From the NCBI GenBank assembly GCA_963920595.1, contig OY986946.1, positions 9,734,001 to 9,795,849 on the forward strand: a stretch of 61,849 nucleotides of DNA. The letters are read 5' to 3'. The notes below the pieces were generated by a model. It was not told where the DNA came from. It ran no database searches and saw only the letters and a list, made by a program, of their open reading frames with translations. Origin of the DNA: Eimeria praecox (lineage: Eukaryota). Below are positions 1 to 11,809 of the stretch, piece by piece (within the stretch, counting starts at the first letter, position 1; the number at the start of each line of letters is the position of its first letter). The translations under genes and the position numbers were made by a program.

Positions 1-2052
1 TAGGAACGCTAAGCAGAAAACACGAAATTGATGCATTCAGAAAGTACGTTCGCATTTAACGTGCGAGGCGCGCGATGGACCGCCGTTGCTGCCTTGAGGA
101 ACTGTCTATTCCTGCGCGACCTTCGGCTTGACTGAACTGAGCAGCAGAAGCATCTATGGCGTTCACGAATTGGTGAGCCAGACGGCCCTTAAATTGTGGA
201 TATGACTCGACCCTGTGTAAGTTTTCAGGCGGAGCAGGGGGGAGGCTGCGCTATCCCTCGTTGGTGATATGCAGTGGTTTCGTTCATTATGGATGCTGCA
301 AAATCCGTAGGAATTAGGAGGTGCCAAGCGTCAAAACGGGAGGACTCACCTATCGCAGTTCGTGAGTTCAAATGTAGCGGACGTTGCAGCGCACGTTTTG
401 CAAGCTCGTTATTGGCATTTGGAAGCTTGTTGCAACACTTTACGTTTTGAGCACGGCTACGTATCACCGGCGCAAGAAGCACTGGCAGCTGGAGTAAAGC
501 ATACAACACTGCTTGTTGGGACATCCACGGGCTCTACGGGTCCAGCGGCAGAATGCTCACATGCAGGGGTTTTGCATTGGTTATAAGCCGTTCTTGTCTT
601 CGTCATTTCTGTGGTGCTAAGGAGGGAAAATCCTGTTCTCTCTACCCTTGCTGGTTTGCTGCCCGGGCGAGTTACGGTTTTGTAGGAAGAGGGCGAGCCT
701 AATGCATATACGATGAACCCTGATTCGTAGTATAGACGGTCAGATTACAGCCATTTGCCCTCTGCCGAAAAAAAGGGAGTAAGCGCGATAGTAGATACTA
801 ATGCAGGCATAGGTTGAGGGAGTTGTGCCAATTAACACAGTGCATTGGATTCCTCAAAGCACTTGATAGGCTACAAAACTCAACAAATGCAGGATGCACA
901 AAGCGTGAGGGGGGCCGCATGCTAAATGCTAACCTGTCCTTCTGGGTGCATGCCGTGAGCACGCAACACAAGACGGTTGGTGCGATTAGCCGCGTACAGC
1001 ATGCCATAGTAGGCATGATGATGCCATTGAGGGCCATTACTGTTCAATCATGCGTTTCCGGTTCTTCTTTTGCTTTTTGCTGGGAGGTCTTTTAACTTTC
1101 TGGTAATCGACACCAAATCCATAATGCCAGCATTGCTGTAAAACTGAGTACTGCCTGCAGCTCCGCCGTTTTGCGCTTCCTGACTGACGATTCATCCGTC
1201 TGCTCAAGACCACTATGCTGCTGAGGCTGGTATACCAAGCTTCATTTGGTACCTTTCGCGGTTGCCTGTCTAAACGGCGTAGCATGGGAGGCAACAAGAG
1301 TGAAGGCTAGGAGGACCGCTGGGTTGAACACTACTGAATATGCATAGTTCCCAAAGGACAATGCTCGCACAACTTTTAAGGATGCTAATGCCGCAGCGTA
1401 CATACGCGCACTTATGTGTGCCTATACCTATATGGAGTCCGTAACAATAATGCAGCCCAGAGCGAACTGCACGTGACTGTTGCTGCGAGTCCATTTCTAT
1501 GCAGGCTGTGAGCACACACATCTTATCGACGATTCTGAGGGTGTCTATGGCCTCGGTATCCGTGCTGTAGGGCGAACAGCCACACACCGTCAAATTAACT
1601 CGTTTGCGTGCCGTTCGCATGCCCGTCCGTGGCACTGATGACGCCTACGGTTTGGATAGCAGTGATGCGGGCTCACAATCTAAAGCGTTGCGTGGGAAAC
1701 ACTTCATGCTAAAATTAGACGCATTTGCTACGAGACTGCGCTTGGGCGAACAACATGCGCTAGGTGGCTTATTCACTCCCTCGTTCATGGTGCAGCTTGT
1801 AACCGGTGTTGCAACGGAGCAGCAGACGTGGTTGCCGGCGTTTTGCTTTGGTGGTTCTTCAGCTACATGATGCTATATGCAGCGTCTATGAGACATGGTT
1901 TATCCGCCTGTATTCAACTGCTCAGAAACAGCATCCAGCAGACTGACGGTTAGGACGCTTCGTGAAAGGGACGCCATTCCCCACCATGGAGCAGCCTCAC
2001 ATATGCAAACCAATCCACCGTGGGTGATATATGGACTTCTGGGACAGCGACT

Positions 2053-5000
2053 TCGTAGTGGCTGGCGACGCTGCCCCTAGAGCAGCGCTCCTACAAACTG
2101 CAACTCGGGAGGGATACAGGAGCGCCAGATCCAAAGCTTTAGGTTCCTGAGCAGGCCGGAAACGCATGTGGGATCTGGCCGCTTGGGTGGAGCATCCTGC
2201 TTGCAGCACAATTTGCCGACTGGACACACCTGGAGGTTCTAAAAAGGACGCTCAGTCGAGGTCTGCGCTCACAGACGTTGGGCTGTTGCTACAAAGGCCA
2301 CCAGTGTGTGTTTGAAGACATCCGCTTATGCCATTTGCAGTGCTTCAGAAACCCCGCGTTTATTATATATGCATTGGGTAAGCAACGATGTACGTATAAT
2401 AATTTTATGTAGAACCAAATGGGCCCACAAAACGTTTAGCATCTGACTCTACAACGCAAGGTGACCGCCGGCCATCAGCATGCGCTTGCACGCATCTCCA
2501 GCTAACAGAGTTCCCGGTCCCGCTAACATTTTTGTCCATAATTTTCAAACATCCTTCTTGCAGCGAATCGACCCACATTGCCTGTTTTTCCTTTACCTGC
2601 TAGGACCAAATTTGCGGCCGTAGGCAATCTGTGAAGTGTGGTTGTGACACTGGGACGTTATGTGAAGCCTGTACGCATTCCCTTCATGCCAAGCCTCCTG
2701 ATGGTGACCATACGTACGCAGCCGGGCATAGAGATTGCCGCAGGCCCGCAGCGTTTAGTTCCTTGGAGTGTTCATGCTTTTCCAGCGTTAAGTGGAGCGT
2801 GACTTCAGCTGCAAGCACTAGGTGAGTGCGATGCGATTTTGGCGGCATACAATGGCATGCAGCATTTCCTCGAGGGTTGTGTGGAGGTAGGACACGATAA
2901 GGCAACGGGAGTCCAACCCCCCGCCCAGGAAGCGGGTCGATTGCCTAGGGGTAATGAGCATTCCTCATGATGGGTCTGCGTCGGTTCGAAGTAGCCAAGA
3001 GCTCGTTTGCAATGTGCACCGTCTCGCATGTTAGCAGGAGGCTTTCATTGGAGAAGATGAGGTCGACGGTAGTAGCATGGACACCCGCGCGTGCAAACGG
3101 AAACGGGCTGCCTTGACACTTAGACAACCCTTAATCAATGCTTAGCGCTTGAGGGACCGTCACACAGCTGCACCAAGGCATTCAGCTTTGGCACAACTTC
3201 AGCAGCTTTCCTTCATTGTATACACACGGGTAAAGTGCGGGGGGTTTCTGCGCAACCAGAAGCTGAGCGGTTTTAGCAAAATTTTAAACCAATGAATTCG
3301 ACGACGTGGTGCAGTGCCCACTGGCCACAAGCGCGCGCATATGCGTGTGTCTCCAGAGGGCATAGTTGCTCACCAAGGCAGTGTTGCGCGTGCTTTTGAA
3401 ATCGACCTTTCCGCAGTCCATCTGGCGTTTGAGTTGGCTCAGCCTTTTGACCAGGCATGGCGTGTGCGTTTAGCGTGCATTTTACGCAGAGAGTAGGCAT
3501 CCGCCTTCATAACTTATGCATAATTTCCATACTGCGAAGTACTCTTTGTGCCGAGGGTGATCTGCATCACGTTGGCGTGACATGCATATGCAAGAGCCGC
3601 AAGGGAGGGAGGGAGGAGTTACGTTGTGGTACTCACCGAAGCCAGGGACCGATGAACCGGGCGTGGTGCTCATTGGTAAGCATAGCATAACGGAGTGGGT
3701 GAAGAAGGTTTTGCAAATTGCTGTGGGTCGATTCCGGGCTGAGTGCGTGGCCGTGGAAGATGCTGACACATCAGCTCGGCACTTTGGCCGTTTAAAATGC
3801 ACTTTATGCAATGCCACGTGAGGGCCTCGTGAACATTCGTTGGTGAAAGCGTGTTGGTGGGCATCACCGTTAAACTATGTCTGCGGCATAACCCCTTAAA
3901 GGCAAATGTGCACCTGCATGCATATACACAAACCTCTTCACTGAACTTGTGGGCGGTATCCTGGTGTTCCTGCGCGTGTTTTCGAGCACGCATAGGATCC
4001 GCCTGAACGTCTAGCCATTCGATGCCTGCTGCGTGATTTTGGTATACGCTCTAGGAGCAAATATGCGGCCGTAGGCAATCTGTGAAGTGTGGTTGTGACA
4101 CTGGGACGTTATGTGAAGCCTGTACGCATTCCCTTCATGCCAAGCCTCCTGATGGTGGCCATACGTACGCAGCCGGGCATAGAGATTGCCGCAGGCCCGC
4201 AGCGTTTAGTTCCTTGGCGTGTTCATGCTTTTCCAGTGTTAAGTGGAGCGTGACTTCAGCTGCAAGCACTAGGTGAGTGCGATGCGATTTTGGCGGCATA
4301 CAATGGCATGCAGCATTTCCTCGAGGGTTGTGTGGAGGTAGGACACGATAAGGCAACGGGAGTCCAACCCCCCGCCCAGGAAGCGGGTCGATTGCCTAGG
4401 GGTAATGAGCATTCCTCATGGTGGGTCTGCGTCGGTTCGAAGTAGCCAAGAGCTCGTTTGCAATGTGCACCGTCTCGCATGTTAGCAGGAGGCTTTCATT
4501 GGAGAAGATGAGGTCGACGGTAGTAGCATGGACACCCGCGCGTGCAAACGGAAACGGGCTGCCTTGACACTTAGACAACCCTTAATCAATGCTTAGCGCT
4601 TGAGGGACCGTCACACAGCTGCACCAAGGCATTCAGCTTTGGCACAACTTCAGCAGCTTTCCTTCATTGTATACACACGGGTAAAGTGCGGGGGGTTTCT
4701 GCGCAACCAGAAGCTGAGCGGTTTTAGCAAAATTTTAAACCAATGAATTCGACTACGTGGTGCAGTGCCCACTGGCCACAAGCGCGCGCATATGCGTGTG
4801 TCTCCAGAGGGCATAGTTGCTCACCAAGGCAGTGTTGCGCGTGCTTTTGAAATCGACCTTTCCGCAGTCCATCTGGCGTTTGAGTTGGCTCAGCCTTTTG
4901 ACCAGGCATGGCGTATGCGTTTATCGTGTGTCCTGCCCATACAGAAAGTAGGCATCCGCCTTCATAACTTATGCATAATTTCCATACTGCGAAGTACTCT

Positions 5001-8000
5001 TTGTGCCGAGGATGATCTGCATCACGTTGGCGTGACATGCATATGCAAGAGCCGCAAGGGAGGGAGGGAGGAGTTACGTTGTGGTACTCACCGAAGCCAG
5101 GGACCGATGAACCGGGCGTGGTGCTCATTGGTAAGCATAGCATAACGGAGTGGGTGAAGAAGGTTTTGCAAATTGCTGTGGGTCGATTCCGGGCTGAGTG
5201 CGTGGCCGTGGAAGATGCTGACACATCAGCTCGGCACTTTGGCCGTTTAAAATGCACTTTATGCAATGCCACGTGAGGGCCTCGTGAACATTCGTTGGTG
5301 AAAGCGTGTTGGTGGGCATCACCGTTAAACTATGTCTGCGGCGCAACCCCTTAAAGGCAAATGTGCACCTGCATGCATATACACAAACCTCTTCACTGAA
5401 CTTGTGGGCGGTATCCTGGTGTTCCTGCGCGTGTTTTCGAGCACGCATAGGATCCGCCTGAACGTCTAGCCATTCGATGCCTGCTGCGTGATTTTGGTAT
5501 GCGTCCTAGGAACACATATGCGGCCGTAGGCAATCTGTGAAGTGTGGTTGTGACACTGGGACGTTATGTGAAGCCTGTACGCATTCCCTTCATGCCAAGC
5601 CTCCTGATGGTGGCCATACGTACGCAGCCGGGCATAGAGATTGCCGCAGGCCCGCAGCGTTTAGTTCCTTGGAGTGTTCATGCTTTTCCAGCGTTAAGTG
5701 GAGCGTGACTTCAGCTGCAAGCACTAGGTGAGTGCGATGCGATTTTGGCGGCATACAATGGCATGCAGCATTTCCTCGAGGGTTGTGTGGAGGTAGGACA
5801 CGATAAGGCAACGGGAGTCCAACCCCCCGCCCAGGAAGCGGGTCGATTGCCTAGGGGTAATGAGCATTCCTCATGATGGGTCTGCGTCGGTTCGAAGTAG
5901 CCAAGAGCTCGTTTGCAATGTGCACCGTCTCGCATGTTAGCAGGAGGCTTTCATTGGAGAAGATGAGGTCGACGGTAGTAGCATGGACACCCGCGCGTGC
6001 AAACGGAAACGGGCTGCCTTGACACTTAGACAACCCTTAAGCAACGCGTAGCGCTTGAGGGACCGTCACACAGTTGCACCAAGGCATTCAGCTTTGGCAC
6101 AACTTCAGCAGCTTTCCTTCATTGTATACACACGGGTAAAGTGCGGGGGGTTTCTGCGCAACCAGAAGCTGAGCGGTTTTAGCAAAATTTTAAACCAATG
6201 AATTCGACGACGTGGTGCAGTGCCCACTGGCCACAAGCGCGCGCATATGCGTGTGTTTCCAGAGGGCATAGTTGCTCACCAAGGCAGTGTTGCGCGTGCT
6301 TTTGAAATCGACCTTTCCGCAGTCCATCTGGCGTTTGAGTTGGCTCAGCCTTTTGACCAGGCATGGCGTGTGCGTTTAGCGTGCATTTTACGCAGAGAGT
6401 AGGCATCCGCCTTCATAACTTATGCATAATTTCCATACTGCGAAGTACTCTTTGTGCCGAGGGTGATCTGCATCACGTTGGCGTGATATGCATATGCAAG
6501 AGCCACAAGGGAGGAGGGAGGAGTTACGTTGTGGTACTCACCGAAGCCGGGGGCATGATGCTCATTGGTAAGCATAAGATAAGGAAATGGGTGAAGAATG
6601 TTTTGCAAATGGCTGTGTGGCAGTTTAACCCCTACTATACCTACGCGCAGTTGGAACAGGGCATTCAGCTTTGGCACAACTTCAGCAGCTTTCCTTCACT
6701 GTATACACACGGATTAAGTGGGCGGGGTGTCTGTGCAACCAGAAGCTGACCGGGTTCAGCAAAATTTTAAACCAGTGAATTCGACGACGTGGTGCAGTGC
6801 CCACTAGCCACAGGCGCGCGCATATACGTGTGTCTCCAGGAGGGATAGTTGCACACGAAGGCAGTGCTGCGCGTGCTTTTGAAAGCGGCCTTTCCGCAGT
6901 CCATGTAGGATTTGAGTTGGCTCACCCTTTTGACCAGGCATGGGTTATGCGTTACGCGTGTGTCGTATATAGAAAGTAGGCATCCATCTGCATAGTTTAT
7001 GTGTAAAGTTTATACCGCGAATTACTCTTTGTGCCGAGGATGTCTGCATCACGTTGACGTGACATGCATATGCGAGAGCCGCAAGGGAGAGACGGATCGG
7101 GTAATATGCGGTGCCCAGGGGACCGGGAACAGTGAGCCTGACGTGACCAAAGACAAAATAACGGTGGGGGGGTGGGGTTTTGCGTGTTTTGTAAATTGCC
7201 GTGTAGGAGTTCAACACACAGTTTATAGGCATGGCATGAAGGCCGGCAACAAAACAGATCCCGTAATTTTGCTAGTAGTAGCCCTTTTGAGTAGAGGGCA
7301 AATAGTTCGAGAGCATTGATGTACTGTTGACTTATTTCGTGTTGGCGGTGGCCGCTTTTGCTTTTGGCAGGCTCGATGGAGTCCCTACACGGGCTGCCAG
7401 ATTTGTTCGCTGTGGGAACTCGATTTCATGGCTTCTGAGGCCCTTGGGGAAATCCTCTGTTAGAATTGTTGCGGCTGACATTAGCAGGAAACGCCATGCT
7501 GCGCAAGAACTGGAATTAATAGGTGCTGTACCATGCGGAAAGCGCTTCAGTGGAACATTACCGCGTGTAGCAAAAGCGCTAAGAGCATAGTATAGGGTTC
7601 TCTGCTGTGACGTTCTCTCATTTGGAGGCTTGCTGCTCATTTTTGTCTTGGATAGGTGCCAGAGGGTCATCGTTGAAGGGCAGCATGAAATGATTTGAGC
7701 AGCCCACAATTTATGCAGGCCACAAATTGCTGCATGATGCCCTACAAAGATGCCCTGCTCCTCACCCGTTTTTGTGGATACACAGATCAAGCTTAGCGCC
7801 ATAGCCGAACTTCTTGTTTTCCGCATTTGTTCACTGGTGGAATAACATTATTACAATAAGGCATGTCTCCACGCACAAGAAGCTCCACACAAGAAGCTCT
7901 ATCTTATCGGGATGCAAAGCAATACACACGCGCAATCTATCACTGAGTTGGAAAATGGTGTGCTAGGCTTGTCGTTTGAATGTCGGCACAAAACATGAAT

Positions 8001-10905
8001 GTTATTTTGAACGCAAACTGTGCCTTGGCTTTAAGCTCGTCTTGGCACGACTCGAACGTTTGGGAAAGCGTCGTTACACTGACTTGGCAACAAGGCTTAA
8101 ATGCGTTGCGATAGCAGATTAAAATGGCATGGAGGTTTTGACTAGCGGCTACTTATTGGAGTTTAGCAATTGCTGACCAGGTTTGATTTCCTTGGGAAAC
8201 GTCATCTCACCGCGTTTTTGCAGTAAATGCAGCAAGGCGGTTCGGGGCGCCCAACTCAGTTCGTGCGTCGGAGAACTTTTAGTGGTTTTGAGCTTACCAG
8301 CAAGACTTGATTTTGCCTTGCCAATAGATTGAACAGGTGTACGCTGATGGCCAGGCTTGGCGCTGTATCCGGGCGCTTTTTTCTCAATGGGCTTTCAGTA
8401 CAGGGCGTGCTAAGGCATGTTCTCCGGAGCGTTAAGGAATGCCTGTGTATATGAATTTGCACTGTATTATACTATCCGTCGTTTCGAGAGAGCAGCGCAA
8501 GCGTTCAGGCTGCTTCCCTGAAATGCCCTATAAGCACAGGTCAGCCGGATGAGGGCAAAGCTGGGTAAATTGGGAGTGTGCGAAGGGTTCAAGACATTGG
8601 GCAATGCAGGGCCAGCCTAGGTATGAGCTCTACGGGAATTGAGGGAGGCTTGGAATCTGCTTCTAGTATATCAGACGTTTTTGCCTAAACAAGTGGCTGG
8701 GTTGCCTTACAACCATACGCTGTGAACATTTATGACTGATTTGACTTGGGGGTGCAGTACGCTTTCTGCTTCCTTAGCCTTAAGTGTCCAAGGGACATCG
8801 CATACGCGTTGTATGGAAACGCAACGCAGTGGCTGCCACGTCTCTCCTCTACATTATGAACAGTGAAGCCTGGGTCATAATGTTGAGTTGCGAGGAGGCA
8901 TTGGCAGCAAGACCTGGCATTCAGTAGCATAGGCAAGGGGCGCTATGCACGGAACACGCGCTACTCGAACTGCTATAGGATTAGGGTGTTGGCGGCATCG
9001 TCTTTCAACCTAAACTGTATGATCACTCGTTCATAGGAGACTCTAGAGAAGCAGTAGGGGTCGTTATAGAGTCTTTTCGAGCAGACAGCGGGATGCATAA
9101 TTGCACGCAGAGCTCTTGCAAACACCATAAATGGGTGCTGTCCTCACGCAAACAACGTAGTTGGTACGCTCGAAACATCATTCAAGCACTGCGGTATTTC
9201 CCAACATATTTTTGCGCAGTACAGAGTAGGTGCAGTAGTGATCGATTGTACGTGGGTCATCTCAGTGCAGAGGCTTGTGAATCTTGTGTGGAACTCGTAT
9301 GATCTAATAGGCCCTCCGATAGGAAGGAGGCACGCACGTTTTTATCCTTGCCTGCTGGCGGTCGTCGATTGAGGTGCCTTTCCCGCAGAGTTCTCAAAGC
9401 ATGCTCAAAATCGCTCGCCCTCTGCATTGCAATTTCTCTCGGAGGTTGAAGGGGACCCTCGTGGCGTGTGTAGGGAGTGCGTATCCAGCTCTGGCGAGCC
9501 GCTTCGGAGGCATCCCCGTTTTAGCGAGAGGCTAAAGGAACGGCAGGAGGGTCGGTGCACGCGAGGTGCATTGGAGCAGAAGAGAACGTTTCGGAGAGTG
9601 TGCAGTGCGTTAGATCGTCCGAGGGCTGTAACATATTATAGGGGCGCCTTTCAAATACAGTTGTGGTCTATATTTCGAAAGCGCCTATGTCTGACGGCGA
9701 GGCACTTTGTGTTGTTCAAACGGCATTAAGTGTATCGGGGGTAGGTGGAATATTATGTGGGCAGACTGCCGTTGCTGTGAGTATTAGCTACAGTAAGCTC
9801 GTATTGTGCAGTATTGTCCGTGCTGCTTCGCACTATATCCACTAGAGCGGTCCGTATATAACATATCCCCCCCGTGCAGTGTGATCCGCGGACTCATCAG
9901 GCAGGACGGGAGACGTAGAACGTCACCTTGGGTTCGTGGTCTCGTGCCTCATGGCAAATCCGAAATCACTAGTGCAAGTATTAAACGAGTGACATGCGCA
10001 AGATAAACCTATACATAATGGTGCTTACCTTATATAGCCGAATGTGAACGAAAGGGTGATGACATGTGAACTAGGCATTTTGACGGATTGCAGGATTTGC
10101 CTCCGCAATTATCTGTTTAACGGACTAACTTCTACATGTATTTGTTCATGTATTACATGTATTTGACCAGGTAGTGGATAGATTTGCCATTCTGTGAGGA
10201 GGAAGGCCCCACGAATTTCAGGGCATGCCATTATGGAATGCTTAGGCAAGTGGCCTAAAGCCTGATATAGCCTAGGCGGGAGCCGTAGCACCTAAACAGG
10301 TTTCTGATTTTTCCGTCATGGAGCACACACTCTCTTTCAGGTAATGCTAGCGCAAAACGTTTGATTTGGCACTGAGGCAAACAAAACTAATGATTCAGTA
10401 ATAGCTCCAGACATCTTCGGGATGGTCGACGAAAGGGATATTGCCATTTACAAAGGACACGAATATATTCGAATTCAGGATGGCTGCGTTGTCTGCCACG
10501 CTGGGTGCTACCCCACGAGGAGCACACGGTGGTCTCATGCTGCTGTCTATGCAATCCACCCTAACAAGCGGGAGCTGGATTCCCGTTTGGAGACTGAGCC
10601 GCTACCTTCAGCAACAGGCATAATTGAAGAGAGCAGCACGACTCCCTCACGATGGCAATAAATGTGATGTTCCACAGAAAGTGCGTGCAGCACTCCGGGT
10701 GGCGTGTGTTCACACACCGGTGGCGTGATCTGCGGTGGCATCTCTGGCGCATCCTAGCAGTGTGATTATACATTAAATGAGGGGACGTTCTACTACAGAG
10801 GACAGAGGTGAGTGGACGGTCCTTTTTGTGTAGCCTAAACGACCTGCGGCGCAGAAGGTGAGTAGCGATGCCCCCATTGCTCGCCTAAAGACAGCGGTGG
10901 CTTAA
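2053..10905 (+). repeat. Complex subtelomeric element, copy 1 (most diverged, internally expanded)
   Basis: Colinear homology with 32431-36845 and 44595-49426. Shared anchors include 'ttctaaaaaggacgct' (2238 vs 32607), 'cagctttggcacaacttcagcag', 'ggaaagcgcttcagtggaacattaccgc', 'catcaggcaggacg' and 'ctaaagacagc' (~10885 vs ~36728). Confidence 0.88.
2600..6620 (+). repeat. Tandem repeat of a 1451/1455 bp unit (~2.75 copies) inside element copy 1
   Basis: 'gcggccgtaggcaatctgtgaagtgtgg' at ~2614, ~4065 and ~5520. Near-identical ORFs at 2631, 4082 and 5537 (offsets 1451 and 1455). The third unit stops near 6620. Confidence 0.97.
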
Positions 10906-11809
10906 ACTGTTTTGCCCCTCCGGCGCGAGGCCGCTTACATGGCCGGTTGAGTGTCGACACAGATATATCCGGCACAAACGCTGCGGGGGTTCTTTTTAGC
11001 CGTTGTGGCAGCGCATATGATGCGGGCAGCGGACCAGGTGCTCACAATATGGGCAGCTATTTGCGAGGCAGCATCGGGGTATGCTAACGATGCTTGGTGG
11101 GTTCCAGTCGAAGTGATGTTCCACACCAATAGTTGAGTGCGGTTATCTCTACTGAGATGGACCGCAACGCTGCGTTTTCAGCGATTTCAGGGTTCAGCGT
11201 ATGTGGCAGATCATCAGGTGGGTGTTTGACAGGAGGTAGGCATTGCGGCCCGTTTGGCCTGTGTACAGAAAGCTGTGAAGTGCGCTTCGCTTGCTGGTTG
11301 TTTGGGAGGGCAACTGCCTAAATTGCTGAGTATCTGGGCAGATATTTGCGAGGCAGGATCAGGGCGTGGTAGGGTTGTTTGGTGCGTTGCAGTCGATATG
11401 GTGTTGCACAGCGTTAGAGCATTTGAGTGTGGTTATGGCTATTTGGGTGGAGTACAACGTTGCGTTTTCAGGATGCAGGGTATGTGGCTGGACATCTGGT
11501 GCGTGATTCACAGGAGGTACGCATTTTGGCGCGTTTGGCGTGTCTGCAGAAAGCTGTGGATTGAGCTTCGGTTGAGGGTTGTTTGCGAAGACAGCAGTCT
11601 GCGTTGCTGAGTCTCTGGGCAGATATTTGCAAGTTGGGATCGGTTTATGGTAGGGGTGTTGATGCGTTGGATTGGATGTGGTGTTGCACAGCATTAGAGC
11701 ATTTGAGTGTGGTTATGACTTTTTGGATGGAGCACAACGTTACGTTTTCAGGGTTCAGGGTATGTGTCGGGGTATCTGGTGGGTGTCTAGCAGACAGTAC
11801 GGATTGCGG

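Noticed and set aside
1..2050. Short ORFs in the unique proximal region
   Set aside because: All are <=121 aa, overlap on both strands and lack recognisable domains. Spliced exons cannot be assessed by eye.
3582..3821. Protein-like 79 aa ORF ending in CxxC in the 1.45 kb unit
   Set aside because: It is short, disrupted in unit 3 and the other copies, and belongs to no family I recognise. A decayed exon cannot be excluded without a search.
7332..7826. 164 aa minus-strand ORF (MRKTRSSAMALSL...)
   Set aside because: It is frameshifted and truncated to 85 aa in copies 2 and 3, and I recognise no homology.
9093..9302. 69 aa ATG-initiated ORF present in all three element copies (also 35538 and 48116)
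   Set aside because: There are many amino-acid changes, the C-terminus of copy 1 is in a different frame, and no domain is recognisable. DNA-level paralogy explains the recurrence.
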